Shown here: piece after piece, positions 1 to 13,100 of the stretch
How the letters are laid out: every line of letters begins with the position of its first letter
How positions within the stretch are numbered: the stretch's first letter is position 1
Assembly: GCA_009103225.1 (NCBI GenBank)
Contig: RHPI01001052.1
Coordinates: 62,001 to 126,000 of the forward strand
Reading direction: 5' to 3'
DNA from: Chlorokybus atmophyticus
Taxonomy: Eukaryota > Plantae > Mesostigma and Chlorokybus algae
Length of the DNA: 64,000 bases
Translations under genes and position numbers: made by a program
The notes under the pieces: generated by a model
The model's input: the letters and a program-made list of their open reading frames with translations, nothing else
What the model was told of the DNA's origin: nothing
The model's database searches: none

Positions 1-3000
1 GCCCTCCGACCAAAGGTATGTAACCGCAGCATAGATACGTAGCGTAGACAACAGCCAGCTGTTAGGTAGCAGCTTAATTGCTTCTTTGCAGAATTACACG
101 GAGTCTCAGGGAGGCGCTGTGTGGTGCCTGGCTGCACAGCCAGTGCTGTCCATAGGAGATGAAGGTCAGCATCTGGCGATTGCTTGCGAGGATGGCGCAG
201 TCAGGCTTTTCAATACTGGATCAACGGAAGTTGTCAATGTTGCTTCTCCATTAGAGTTCAAGCGTGCATTTACCCGGGTGCAAGGTATGTTGCTCTTGCA
301 TGCCATGAGCACTTCAGTGTGTGGGTTATAATGCCTGACTGCAACGACCTTGTTATAGATGCGAGGGCGCTGTCAGTTGCTTGGCATCCATCTGCAGAGC
401 GTATCTACTCTGGCGCTTCTGATGGGTAAGTGGCAATGCATCTGACTGTGGTTGTAGTACTACGCACTGAGAACGTGATTTTGTCAACTGCGCCATATGC
501 TTGCAAAGCTTGTGTTCACTGCCAACACGGCTCAAGCATTACTCAGATTGATCCTTTTACCAACAGCATTGTAGTGCTAGGCTGCTGTCGTCACATGTGT
601 ATCAGGTCATGATTGCTGTGGTAGACGGTTAAGCCTGGCCGCTTAATCTCGGCTGCAGGCAAGCGCGGGGATTTTATAGGTCATAGTTGACAGACCTACG
701 TTGTGTAAAAGAAAGGAAATTCACACAGCCCGAACCGGGTGTGGCCATGCAAACCGCACACTTGTGTGCGAGTTGGTGCGCCTGGTGTCGGTGCTACATG
801 CACCTTGTGGGACGCAACAGCTGCGAATCATGCGTGGCCAAAGAGGTATGCTAGCTGATGCCAAAACGGTCTGTGTAGACGTTGCAGTGTCAGGGACCAC
901 GCTGCGTAGGCTAACTGTCACGTGGTGACGGCCATGCGAGTTGGCAGCCCTGACCGGGCAGTGTATGTGGGTCGTTATGATAACCATAAAACTGACCTCA
1001 TCCGCGAGCCTAACGTCTATGGGGTTAACCTGCATTTGAGGTGCTGGGTGACTCATGCGTACGAGCACCCTTGGCTTTTGGCAGTTGCCCTTGTGCTCAT
1101 CCCAATTTGGGTTGCACACAAGGGTACATGGAGCCCTTACCTCGAGTATAGTTGATATTTCACTGGCATATGGATAGACAACATGCTCCCTTCCCTGTCT
1201 ACATTTCACCCGTGTTCAGCGTTGCTTGGTGTCATTCACCTGTGTGGCTACCATGAGTGTTCCAGTTTGCGTTCTGACAGCAGGTGCATACACAGGTGTA
1301 TTCGCTGTTGGTCAGTCCGGATTGGGCAGGAACTGCTGCGCATAACCGCAGGAGGTGGTGGCGTGGACACTAGTACACCACTGGTCTGGGCTCTTCAAGT
1401 GTTAAGGTATGCACTAGCTAATTTTGTTAGTTGGGGGTCGCCCAGGCCATGCATCGTGCCAATGCAGTTGGCTAAACCGATGTTTGCAGGGATGGGACTG
1501 TAGTCAGTGGGGACAGTACGGGACGCACACAGTTTTGGGACGGACAGCTCGGCACTCTACTCCAGGCCCAGCAGCGCCACACGGCAGACGTGCTAGCATT
1601 GGCAACATCAGCTTCTGGAAATGATGTGTTCTCAGCAGGAGTTGATGGCCAGGTTGTCATGTTCTCAAGGTTGCATAACAGCGGTGACGCAACTTTGTCC
1701 GATGCTGGAGCTGTGCGCGAAGGGGAATGGGCCTTCGTGGAGGCTCGACGTGCGCATTCACACGACATCCGCGCGTTGACTGTTGCAACACCAGCAGCAC
1801 CAGACCCCAGCACCTCTAGCTCAGACGGTTCAGGCAACCTCAAGCAGAGGCGGAACAGCCTTCTTGGCGGGCGGCTGGTCTCTGGTGGAAATGATGCAAT
1901 CTTAACTACATACGCAGTTGACGGCTTCGCAAGCTATCGACCTCAACAGGTCTCGTCAGCCCCGCAGCCCCCACCCATGCACTTTTCTGCGCCAACAGGA
2001 GGAAGCAGTCCCGACTGGGTGTTGCTCAGCCAGCACTCTACGTGGCTTGATGTCTGGCGACCCTCACAGCCATCTGGCAATGCTCCCATGCACGCCAGTT
2101 GTTCCTCCAATGGTCATGTGCATCCACCCTCCGTGTCTACATCCACGCGTCATCCGCAAGATCTGACGTGCATAAAGCTGTCCAAAGTGCAAAGCCACAT
2201 ATGCTGCAGTGCTGTTGCTCCAGATGGATTCCACGTGGCTTGCTCGGACTGGTCATCAGTACGATTGTTTCAGTTAACATACCGCACAGGAGGTCTGGGA
2301 GCGATTGTGAAGAAACGAGTTCTGCCCAAGGCGCTGCCAGCAGCCATTGCGTGTACTTTCAGTGGGGATGGGTCCAAGCTGCTGCTGTCCGCCAGTGACT
2401 GTCAAATACACGTCATTCACCTGCGTTCTGAAACACCCGACATTGTCCACACCTTTACCAAGCACATAGGCGACATACGGGTACCAATACAGTTGCTAGT
2501 AGCCAGCAGGGATGGGCGGTGGCTGGTATCAGCAGACGCATACGGGCGGACACACCTGTTTGATCTTCAGAGGCTAAAGTAAGCGTCTGCTGCTTTGTTC
2601 TCGTTTCTGTGCATGTGCTTTGCTGAGGCTTATTTGTTAACAGGCACCATGCGGCTCTGCCATTGCTGGATGGTACAGCGGTGACTGCGCTGGCCTTTCA
2701 CCCAAAGAGCAGCTTGCTGGCAATTGCAACTGCTTCAAGCCGTGTTTACCTATACAACATCACCACACGCAAACTGCACCCTTGGTCACAATCCAACAGC
2801 TCCCGCTTCCCACGCACACTGTCCATCGCACTTGGTGGCATCAAAGGCCTTGCCTTTTGCCCCGCGGCATCGTCAAACAAGCTCTTCGCATATTCTTCCA
2901 GGTCAGTCTTTTCGTTCTATTTGTCACTTGGCAGCCAGTGGTGAAACCGGTAGTGAACTATCAGTGGTCATTGCACGTTTACTGAGTGCACATGCTTTTC

Positions 3001-3335
3001 AAGGAAATGCTGCTCATGATTGGCAAACCCCTCGTGCTGATGGTTTGTGTACGTGCAGCGCATCTTGCCTGATCGACTTTGACCGGCCCGTGCCAAGTGA
3101 ACCGGTTGTTGGACGCAAGCGCAAACGTCACAAGCATTACCAAGGTCACAAGCAGAGCAAGGATGATTCGCAAGCTGGGCAGCAAACACGTAACTTTGAG
3201 ATAAGGGCTTTCAGGAACCCATGTTTGTTTTTGACATTCACAGAGGACAAGTCGGTTTTGGTTGTTGACAGGCCATGGAGGTCGGTAGTTAGGCAGTTCC
3301 CGCCCCCGTTGTACAGGCACAGATATGGCACTTGA
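1..3335 (+). CDS. UTP4: U3 snoRNA-associated protein 4 / cirhin (WD40, SSU processome); multi-exon, 5' end lies before the window
   Basis: Spliced exons give WD40 segments: IYSGASDG|CIRCW...ELLRITAG, DGTVVSGDSTGRTQFWD, DVFSAGVDGQV, RRAHSHDIRAL, LVSGGND. The C-terminus VVRQFPPPLYRHRYGT* (TGA 3333-3335) matches the UTP4 tail. GT-AG junctions seen, e.g. 285 and 2579. Confidence 0.9.
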
Positions 3336-4337
3336 GTATTTACCTTCCGCGTTGATGTTAGCTAACTGTTTGTGTCACGCAAGTGTCAAATAGCTAGGCA
3401 CCTCGAGTTTACTGGTCATAGTGGCAAAGCGTGCACAGGAAGATGTGACAAAACCCACACATTTGCTCACCTTTGTGTTGACTGGACACTATCATGTCGC
3501 GTGTTCATGCATTGCTTATGTAGTAACAGGCCAGCTTCCTATGCTACCTCGCAACTGTGCAACAATACAACATTCACAGCACTCAGCCGCAAGTGCCCTA
3601 TTGCATCAAGCATGTGGATGCCGCATTGCAACCTGAGAAGTTGCAGTGCAGTCTGGGTCTACTTGCTTGTTTTGATGGGAGTGGAAATCTTATGCCGACA
3701 AGGCAGCCCTCGCGCTGTTGATGGTGTTGACCTGCCCACAGCACGTGCATGCGATTGCTTTGTAACAAAGCAATGCAAGTAACCATGGCAGTAACCTGTG
3801 CAGCATTGGCTTGGGGCTGCCGCAGTGAATGGTCAAGGTTGTTGGTCAGTATGTACCATGCGGCCTTGATAGAATGCCAATACAACTGCAGTGGCATGGA
3901 TGGTGACAGTCATCAATACGGTGTTTATGACAGCAATATGCAATGACAGCCACAACCAACAGGGACAGCCATTGTCGTGATATCTGCCACAGCAGACGTG
4001 CAGCGCAGCAGTGGGCTACTTGTGGGCATGGCATGCAACAACACTGTGTAATGCCTGTGTATTGACTGCAATTGTAACCCCAGCAGCGGCCTGTCAACCA
4101 TTGCCGATGTACGTGCTGCTAGTGGATGTTGTTGTAGGCGCTTGCTGTCCGGTCTTGAAGTCGTTTACTACCATACCTACATGTAAATGGTACTCAGTCC
4201 ATGTGGACGGGCGTCATGCACCTAATGTATACATATACACAAGTAAGCGTGAAGCATTCAATGATTGTGTCATACCGCCGCGACAACCGGTGAAGGACAT
4301 GATAAGAAGTTGATCTCCGTTTGGTTGGCCCGCCAGG

Positions 4338-6843
4338 TCATGCCAGCATTACCATGACAACGCTGTCCCCTCGCAGAAACACCTGCAGGCACCACCATTG
4401 GCATCCAAACCTGTATGAGAACTAGTTTTGCAACTAGCGCAGCGTGCTGATACATCTGCTGTGTACAGTAATGCAGCACCGCAGCGTGCTATGGTTGTGC
4501 CAATGCCACAAAACTAGTACACATCATCCTGAAATTCGCCATACCACGAGCGAGGTGAACTCACCTGTTTTAAGTGCCTTTTCCGGTAATCTAGCTTGCG
4601 GAGGTACCGCACTTCCGTAGCATCATCAGGTTCCTGTGAAGCTTCAGATCTTGCCAAATCACCTGGTGATTGCTGGTCGCTGTCCGCTATCAACCCCTCC
4701 CATGGCTTTGTGTCATGCACGCCATTTGCAACTTCAGCGAGCTCAGCTTCAATCCTTGCTATGTCAGCATTGGCCCCTTCCAATAGGCTCAGACCGAGCT
4801 GCTGCTTCTTCCTGGCTCTAACGCTTCTCGGATTACGCAGCAGCACGCTGTATTCCTCACACACATCAGACAGCACCTGCATGTATATGGACGCACAGTA
4901 TGAGCACAGCCTTTGTACCACTGGACTGCAGATGCTTACATTGCACGCAGCCTACCATGTTCAGGTACTTGTCGAATGCTATGATGGTGGCAACACAGCT
5001 GCCGCGCACACCGTGCGTGTGGCGCGTTACCACACGAACACGCCTCTGCTCCTTATAGCATCTGTATATGAGGCTGAGTGGACCTTCCTCGAACTTCTCT
5101 GTCAACAGGAGGCCATTGCATAAGACATCATTGCAGCAGTCAGCAGTCCAGCATCCTGAGCCCTTGACAGAAAGGGAACACTAAAAGCAGATGCAACAGA
5201 GTGGCAACCATACCTGCAATCTCATCAAAAATGTGTTTTCTTGGCGCTTTGCGAGCTTCTTGCGCTGCTTTGGCTCTCACCACAGCCACATGAAGCTGCA
5301 CAACGCGTTCGGTCGATTACGCAAGACATGCTTGCAGACTTGCCATAGCGTTCTCATGCAGAAATGATCGCTACAAACGTAACAACACTCCTCAGCATAC
5401 ATCTGGCACTGTTTGAGAGTGCTCCAGTGCATTGCACAACAGGTTGGAAAACGCCGGATCACATGGCAGCGGCAGATGACACTGGCTTGTGCAACATGAC
5501 TGAGTTGGCAAGAACGAACCTTCGCACGCTGAGACTCTCTGGTCTTCTTCACAGGCTCTCTCATATCCGCATCATACTTCTCTATGTCAGGAGCGTCCTG
5601 CAGGATGCAAACTGCTGGGCAGCGGCGTCACCGCGTACAATCGCACTGTGTACATAAGGTTGCGGCAACCGTCATGCTTACGTCGGGAATGAGCACGCGG
5701 CAAAGACGAAGAGTGTCCAAAGGTCGCACGCGGGGATTGGGTGGTTGCAGCCCTGGTGTGTGGAGCGCCTTCAACGCATCAAATGCAGCCTGAGAGGCAA
5801 CAACAAGAGCAACATGAGCCACAGCTGTGTAGCTTTGGTGCGGCTTTGCAAAACCTTTGCCGTTGCAATGCATATGCCCAGCAGCTACCAAGTCCTACCG
5901 AGAAGAAGTCGAGGGTTGGGTCAATCTGTGACGCAGATGTACTCGGCCCTGCGCTCCTTTCTGCAGTGCATGCACGAGCTCTCACGCCGCACAAAGGAAT
6001 GAAACGGTGTGACCTACACATGGCATGCAGCTCAAAAACGTTGTGCATGCACGTGATGGCTCATGCTTTCATAGCGTCACAGCAGTACTGCGTGAGATGG
6101 TGAAGCATACACAACGGCAACACACTCACAACCCGAGCATTGGATCAAGGCTTGACACATTCCCTTAACTTGTGGCCTATCAAGCACCTGTAGGGCTTAA
6201 ATCAAGGCTGTAGCGGTGGGGTGTAGCGGTGAGGACAATGCACGCACTGATAGTGCATTGACGCAAACTGTATGGCCAAATCTAGTGCTTCATTGAAGCC
6301 AAGTGCGATAATGCAGCCTAAGCAGCAGCGTGACCTGAATCCTACATTTGTACCATGCATGCTGAAAGCAACGCACCTGACAGTGCAATGCACAAGCGAA
6401 ACAGATATCTTGCCAAGTGCATGCGCAGCCTCTATTCAGCGTATGGCATTGCTGAATTCAGCAGCCTTACCCTGCCGGTCCCTTGCCGACTGCTCCGCCC
6501 CCTTGTCCACGCGACGATCCCTGTCCCTATGCCCAGCCGAGACATTGCCAGTGCTTCTGTGCTCCTGCCTTCGCTCTCGTTCACTGCTGTCATGCACGCG
6601 CCTGTTCCTCTCAGCATGGCCGCGCTTGTGCTCATAGTCTGAAGGAGACCTGTAGCTGCCCTCCGGCCTGTGTGTATGGCTGTGGCTGTGGCTGCGCCTG
6701 TTGTCGCTCAAGTGCTCTTCCCGCCGCCTGCTGTGACTAGCGTCGTGGCTTGCGTCGTAGCGCCTGCGGTCCACAGCGTCATCGCTGTCGTCAAGGCCTC
6801 GCCTGTGGCTTCGGCTGCGGCTTGCCTGGTCGCGCCCGCTCAT
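4338..6843 (-). CDS. LSM11: U7 snRNA-associated Sm-like protein LSm11 homolog; multi-exon, start codon uncertain
   Basis: Spliced product has the N-terminal motif IDPTLDFFS|AAFDALKALHTPGLQPPNPRVRPLD. Sm1 is FEEGPLSLIYRCYKEQRRVRVVTRHTHGVRGSCVATIIAFDKYLNM|VLSDVCEEY, followed by a long insertion, then Sm2 RKRHLKQ|VFLRGDSVVMV (TGA 4338-4340). A split Sm domain is the LSm11 hallmark. Confidence 0.88.
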
Positions 6844-7479
6844 GCCGCCAATGGCAGCTTCAACACGAACATGTCCGCTGTGGTAATACACTTGCTTTTA
6901 AGTTGACTTCTAAGGGATGTTACAGTTGTGCAGATAGCTCCCCAAAGCTGCTTTGTGTGGGTTCGGTATTGTGGTCGTGTCTGTGTTTTGGGGTGTTGAT
7001 AGAAGGGTAGGCGTTGACACTTGCTATGCCATGTTTGCCTTATTGCAAAGCAGGTGAACGGACACTAGTATCCGGCATTCGCTGGGCATGGCAGTGTCAT
7101 GTACTTGTCCGCTGTTCCCTGGCTGTGCTTTGTCAAGGGCGTAGTCACTAAACCAACACAACTGCGGAAAGCTTGCTAGTGCTGGCTGGACGCATCAATA
7201 CTTGTCTGCGCTTAGGCAATCATGCTTAGTGTGTGTCAATAAGTGTGAATCTTAGAAAATCTCCCTCCTGCGGCACCTGGTGTAGAAATGCATGAGGGAG
7301 CAGAACACAGTCACCAGAACATACGCACTGTGCGCTGATGACCACTTGAAACGACAAGCAGCGCACTAGGTTGGAAAGTGCATTCGGGTAGCAGTCTCTG
7401 GTATACTGGTACCCCTGTGTTGTGTTTGCATATATACTACTTATTACTATACTAATACATAAGCAACTAGCAACACCAT

Positions 7480-9857
7480 TCACGACTGTACACCATCCTG
7501 CTGGGCTTTGTGCTGCGCCCAGTCCACATAGCTGTCTTGCATTGCAGACAGGAAGGCGGGCTGCAGTGCAGCCAACAGGCCTAGCAACACCCTGCGGCAA
7601 AAGTCATTGATCAGAGGTTGATGAGAGGCCATCAATATACATGCAGTACGAGTGTGCAAACATCGCACAACTTGTATAACACGTACTGGTTGCCCGGAAC
7701 CTCAACTGTTGCCAATGGCAAAATCTTGAATGGCATTGTGTAAACCTGTGGCATTGACAAAAGTCAAGGGGTTTGCTGGGTGGATGCGTGTGTGTAATGC
7801 GTGTGTGTAAAGCCAATGCTACGACGACTTGTTGCCGTGCCATGCTTACCTCAAGTTCAACAGTGATATCAACGACGGAAGTTACAAGCTGTCCTTCGGG
7901 TCCAGGCCTCCAAGTGAGCTTGTTTTGCAGTGCAGCTGCAAGCAGAAGCAATTGACTACTGCTGAACACAGGCAACGGCATTGTGCATGTGCTGTACCTG
8001 CAAAATGGCGGTCAACGTGTTGTTCAACTACACCTGGGCCAACAAGCTGCAGGCAACAATGCATGCGATGTTTGCACTTGCCAAAGTACAAACATGTACG
8101 CATGGCAGCAAGAACACACATTGTACAATTGTTTCAGAATACCCGGCACTGCAGCATTTCCACGGTGCAGTGGTCAAGCGCCGTCACCGCTCGAATATCA
8201 ACAACTGGTTCAACACTGAATGAAAGGAAATTGATGCCGCCAACATAGCACCTGTTGTGACAAAAATGCAAGCTCAATATACGCCTATAATGCAAATGTT
8301 AGACATGTAGTTGACAGTGCTGTGTGGCGTGATTCTTGTTCTGACATGCAATGCCCATCTTAGGCTTAACGCGCACAAGTACCTGTACACGGAGTTGCCT
8401 AAGTCTTCAACACGACGGAGTTTGGACAAGTTCAAGACAGCACTGCGGCCTTCCTTGCTTGCGAAAAACTCGCCAATGTTTGCATCAGAGGTCGGGAATG
8501 TTGAGGAAAGAGTCCGGGTCACTTTCAGGGTGGCAACAGGGTTGGACTTGGGATCATTTCCGTCCACTTTTGACCGATTGAGCAGCTTGGTTTGACCAAC
8601 ATCTGGAGATTTGTCGGCTGTCAGGCGTGCTGATGGAGGTACCGCACAAACTCTACTAACCCTCCACAAGTCCAGCTGCAGCCTCCGCAGGTTCCTGCAT
8701 GGCAAATTCATCAGCGCTACTGCTAGCAGGCACTGGCATGGGCGGGGACACCCAATTCACTGTTCACGGTTTTGGCCTGACGAGTAATAGCATGGGCTTG
8801 AAATAAAGTTTGAGAAACCGCAACTGGCCAACTGAATTGCAAGTTGCAACTTCCTCAAACACATAGTCAAGACTTGACCAGTGCAAACAAGCAGTTGCAG
8901 CTGATCCTGTATTGACCGCTTAAACCACAGGATTGGCATTCAAATGCTGACCCATGATGCACACCGTATTAATGCCAATATGCAAACCTACTTGACAGCG
9001 GCTCGCAATGATCAACAACAAGTTTGACACGACGCAACTTCCTCAAACACATAATAAAAACCAGACCAGTGCAAACAAGCAGTTGCAGCTAATCCTGTAT
9101 TGACCGCTTAAACCACAGGATCGGCATTCGGCTGCTGACCCATAATGCACACCGTATTAATGCCGGTATGCAAAACTACTTGACAACGGCTCGCAATGGT
9201 CAACAACAAGTTTGACACAACAAGCGGCTGCCTGCTTCTGCTACGCTACTCATCGTCTGGAGGTGATCTTTGAGTCATAAGGCTGAGTCATTGAGTTCAG
9301 ATCCAGGAAACGCAGTGTTTAGCTATTCCGGGGAGTGCGGGTTGAAACTGACTCACGACTAGTGTGTTGAAAACAGAAAATACACTCTGGCAGACTGGCA
9401 ACAAGGAAAGGTTGCTTCCAGTCCACTTGGGCAACGACTTACTGAGCACACTGCTTATGGCTGCGATGCTCACAATGACACCACAACGCCTGCTGGAAGT
9501 GGCGCATGCGCTAAAAGTGTCACGGGCCGACGGTCACCACTTGCCCCTTTCACAGACTGTTATTCTGACACGGCACGTAAAGTAGAACTCAGCTTCACAT
9601 GGCACACTCAGCAGATCACCCTGACATACTGGGCAAGCACCTTAATTTACTACGACACTCAGCATTGAGCAGCACCGCACGCAGTCTAGCTACCTGCAAA
9701 GCAAGGCTCACCTGCCTCGGCAGCCAGATCCGGCTGCGCGACGAGCACTGCCTTCCAACCAGGCCCCACTATTCAATGCGCCGAGCGATGAGCTCGCTGA
9801 CAAGACGCTCACCTGCGCCAACCCCGTGGCCGCCGCCGCCACCACCGCGGCAGGCAT
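7480..9857 (-). CDS. DUF1997-family protein, probably plastid-targeted; 5' exons tentative
   Basis: Spliced exons: RSAVLNLSKLRRVEDLGNSVY, ALQNKLTW, VVDITVELE|VYTMPFKILPLATVEVPGNQ|VLLGLLAALQPAFLSAMQDSYVDWAQ. These resemble plant/algal DUF1997 proteins. An Ala-rich first exon MPAAVVAAAATGLAQ|GTGAGC at 9857 is inferred. Confidence 0.75.
8848..9222. repeat. Two-copy tandem duplication, period 188 bp, inside an intron of the DUF1997 gene
   Basis: caacttcctcaaacacata...caacaacaagtttgacac occurs twice with scattered substitutions; matching anchors are at 8932 and 9120. Confidence 0.95.
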
Positions 9858-10084
9858 GCTGGCACTGACACACGATTAGCGCACGTTCGCGCTATGTCAT
9901 TCGTTAGCTCTGATACACGCGGGCTCTACACGTCAACGTTAGCGTTAAACCTTGGCCAATCAGCACGTTAGGTGCTTCACGTGAGCCGCGGAGAGGGGTC
10001 AGGTTCCGATCTCAGTCCTGATGCAAAAGAGCGCTTTTGGGTCAAGCCTGTTTGGGACATCAACCCTGTTTGGGACCGAGCAGC

Positions 10085-10092
10085 TTTCCCGC
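10085..10092 (+). promoter_or_regulatory. E2F-type binding site TTTCCCGC
   Basis: Exact TTTSSCGC consensus about 80 bp upstream of the POLA1 ATG. E2F control of replication genes is established in plants and algae. Confidence 0.6.
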
Positions 10093-10170
10093 GCATTTGT
10101 GCTTTGCAGTGGCAAGCCAGCAGGCTGCTTGGCCTGGCTAGGCCGGGCGGTGGCGGCGGCGTTGGCAGCA

Positions 10171-13100
10171 ATGGCGGAGAGGTCGAGGAGGGGGCAACCG
10201 GGGGGTGCGTCGAGTTCCAAGGGTGATAGGGCCCGGGCACTTGCCGATCTGGTCGCCCTCCGTCGCGGGGACGCTGGCGCTAAGCGGGCGGACCAGTTCG
10301 AGATCAAGATCAAAGAGGATGTGTATGACGTTGTGGACGAAAAGCGCTACAAGGAGATTGTGTCCAACCGGAGGTCAGTGTGATGTCACACTAACCTCTA
10401 TAGACGGCAGCGACACCTACGGTGATCGTCCCAAATCATTTCAAAAGCAATCTTGGGCTTAATCCGCAATGCATGCGATGATGGGTAGGACATTCTTTGT
10501 CTCATTGTGAAGAACCTAGACAGATCTGCTGCAACATGCTTGGTTCTCACGCACAGCAGCTTCTGTACCCAATGACAGGCACAAATGATCGCGTTCTGTC
10601 TGTAGCTCATTCGGAGGATGTGCTTGGAGAACTACAGCTATTGGTCAGAGTATACTGTTGCTGATCAACTCGTTGTCTGTCGGGCAGGGCGGAAGCTGGG
10701 GGTTTCATTGTCGGGGATGATGGTGAGTACGTCGACATAGGCGAGGAAGATGAGTGGGAAGGCGTACCAGAGGAACGCAAGAGGCAGCGCAGAGAGGTAA
10801 GTGCAACGCGGTCTAGGAGCTTGTATATGTTCCTCTGGTCGTGTAGACTCTCTGCTTGAGCTTGCACGCACACTGAGCGAGAGTCCTCGAATCAACGAAA
10901 TAGCAGTTCCCCATTTCGCACCTGTCCACCATGCTTTGCATGCCATGAATGTAAACACATACATGGCATTGTCTTGCACAGTGGCAGTGGTACACGCACG
11001 CTGTCTGTGTCGCTTGCTTAGTGTGGCGTAGCATGCACATGTTGTGATAAACTCATGCGGGATGCATTATATCACCAGAACTCAAAGGCCACAGCTCCAA
11101 GGCCAAAGCAAAGGCCCGAGCCACCCCCTGGATATGCTGGCCGCAGTGTATCCAGCATGTTCGCACCTTCTGCCAAGAGAAAAGGGGCTGCTTATGCTCC
11201 GGCAAATGACTTGGCAGACGCTGTAGACCTTGACGACATCTTGGCATCAGTAAGTTGCGTGTTACAGGAATATGCGTTAAAGGCACATGCAGAGTGTACT
11301 TTGGCTGTGTGATAGATCCTGCAATACCGCTAACATGCTGCATTATGTTGTGTCCCAAACTCAGGCACTTGTCTGCTCAGGTCAAGGCAGATGACAAAGA
11401 TCGCGAACGTGTGCGACGGCAGCGCGGCACTACGAATGCACCGGCGAAGGTGCACGTGCAAGTGCATGTGCAGGCGCCAGCTGTGCAAGAGCAGCCATAC
11501 ACGCCTCAGCGCTCAACACGCATCTATCCTGCTGCTCACCAGACACCTGTCGAGCAGAAACCGTTTGCAAACCGAACAGCAGACGACCTGCTTGGGCCAG
11601 GACGCCACGATAAAGCACAGCTTGATTTGAAGCCAAACATTTGTGAGAGCATCCCCGACCCACCTGCGCCACTCAGCCCTTCCGGTTGTGAACCAATGGA
11701 CACGGAACCAGCCATCCCTGAGCTGCCTGTCCACGCAGATTGCAGTGTGCCAGATGCTAGCAGTAGTCATCTGCCTGGCCAAGCAGGTGGCAGTGTTCCA
11801 CATGCTAGCGATAGTCCAGCGACCATTGAGCCTCAGCAGAAGGCACCCGTGTCTAACATCAAGCAAGAACCGCTTGAAACCAATGAATCTGGTTTGGGTC
11901 GCATAGCAGCAACCACTGGGAAGGCTGCAGGCAAGTTCATAAGGATAGTTGGTTCTTTCCGTTTTACCAACCATCATGATTGTATGTACTAAGTCTACAT
12001 GCAATTTACCAAGCACAGGGGGTTTCAAGGCGTTGTATGTTGATGACGGATCTGAGCCAGAGGCTGTCCTGGAGCCATCTGCAGCATTGGCAGGCGATGT
12101 CAATTTGCCGCTTGCTGAAAACGGCTCTCTTCCATTTTTCTTCCTTGACGGCTATGAACAGCAATATGACAACGATGGCACCGTACATTTGTTTGGGAAG
12201 GTGCGAATCACTGTGCGCGATGGACTTGTAGTCAACCACAGCAAGCCCGTGCTGGTTGTCAAAACTTTGGTCGTGTTCCAGGTCCGTCTGCAAGAGCAGT
12301 ATGTCAGTTGTGCCGTTGAGGTCACTGGGCTACAGAGGTGCGTATATGCCATACCAACCTCGCAAGAGATGTTTGAGGACCCTGAGCTGGAGCAGCTTGA
12401 AGCTGCTGCAGCAGCAGAAGCAGTGGCACTGAAGGAGCAGGCATCGGGCTCAAGTGAACCAGTGCAACGACCTGCACGACGTGCACTGCTGGTCAAGCTG
12501 CAAGTAAGTTGATATGCACCTGCTACTTGAACGTCATTGGCATCCCGCATGTCCTTGCATACATGTATGGACTGAACACCAATTACTTGTCTTTAAGGAT
12601 GCTGCATGCTGGTTATACAAAACACCACTGGAATACAACATCTGCCTTGCAGAGCCTGTGCTCGGACCTCAAGATGGAGGTCAAAAACATTCTGGAGAAG
12701 ATGAAGGTCGGAAGCATTCGCCTTAAACCTGTCAAGCGACTGTATTGCTTTGAGAAGAAGGGCATTCCACGAGGAGAGCAGTATGTCCTCAAGATCAACT
12801 ATTCTTACAAGGTGTTGGTGCTTTCTGCTGGGGACTGCGTGTCGCAGGTATCCCATTGCAAGCTGACTTGTGACTACGACACAGGCCAACGCTCTGCCAA
12901 TGGACCTGAAAGGAGAACATTTTTGTGCACTATTCGGCACACAGACAAGGTAAACTGCTGACTCAGTATACAAGGCATGCTGGCATGCTGGCATACGCCT
13001 GCAACCTATAGGCTACTGCTGCCATGTTAATGCCACTTGCCATACAATGCTCATCAGCGCTTGACAGTGCGCTGGAGCTCCTGCTGGTTAAGCGAAAGAT

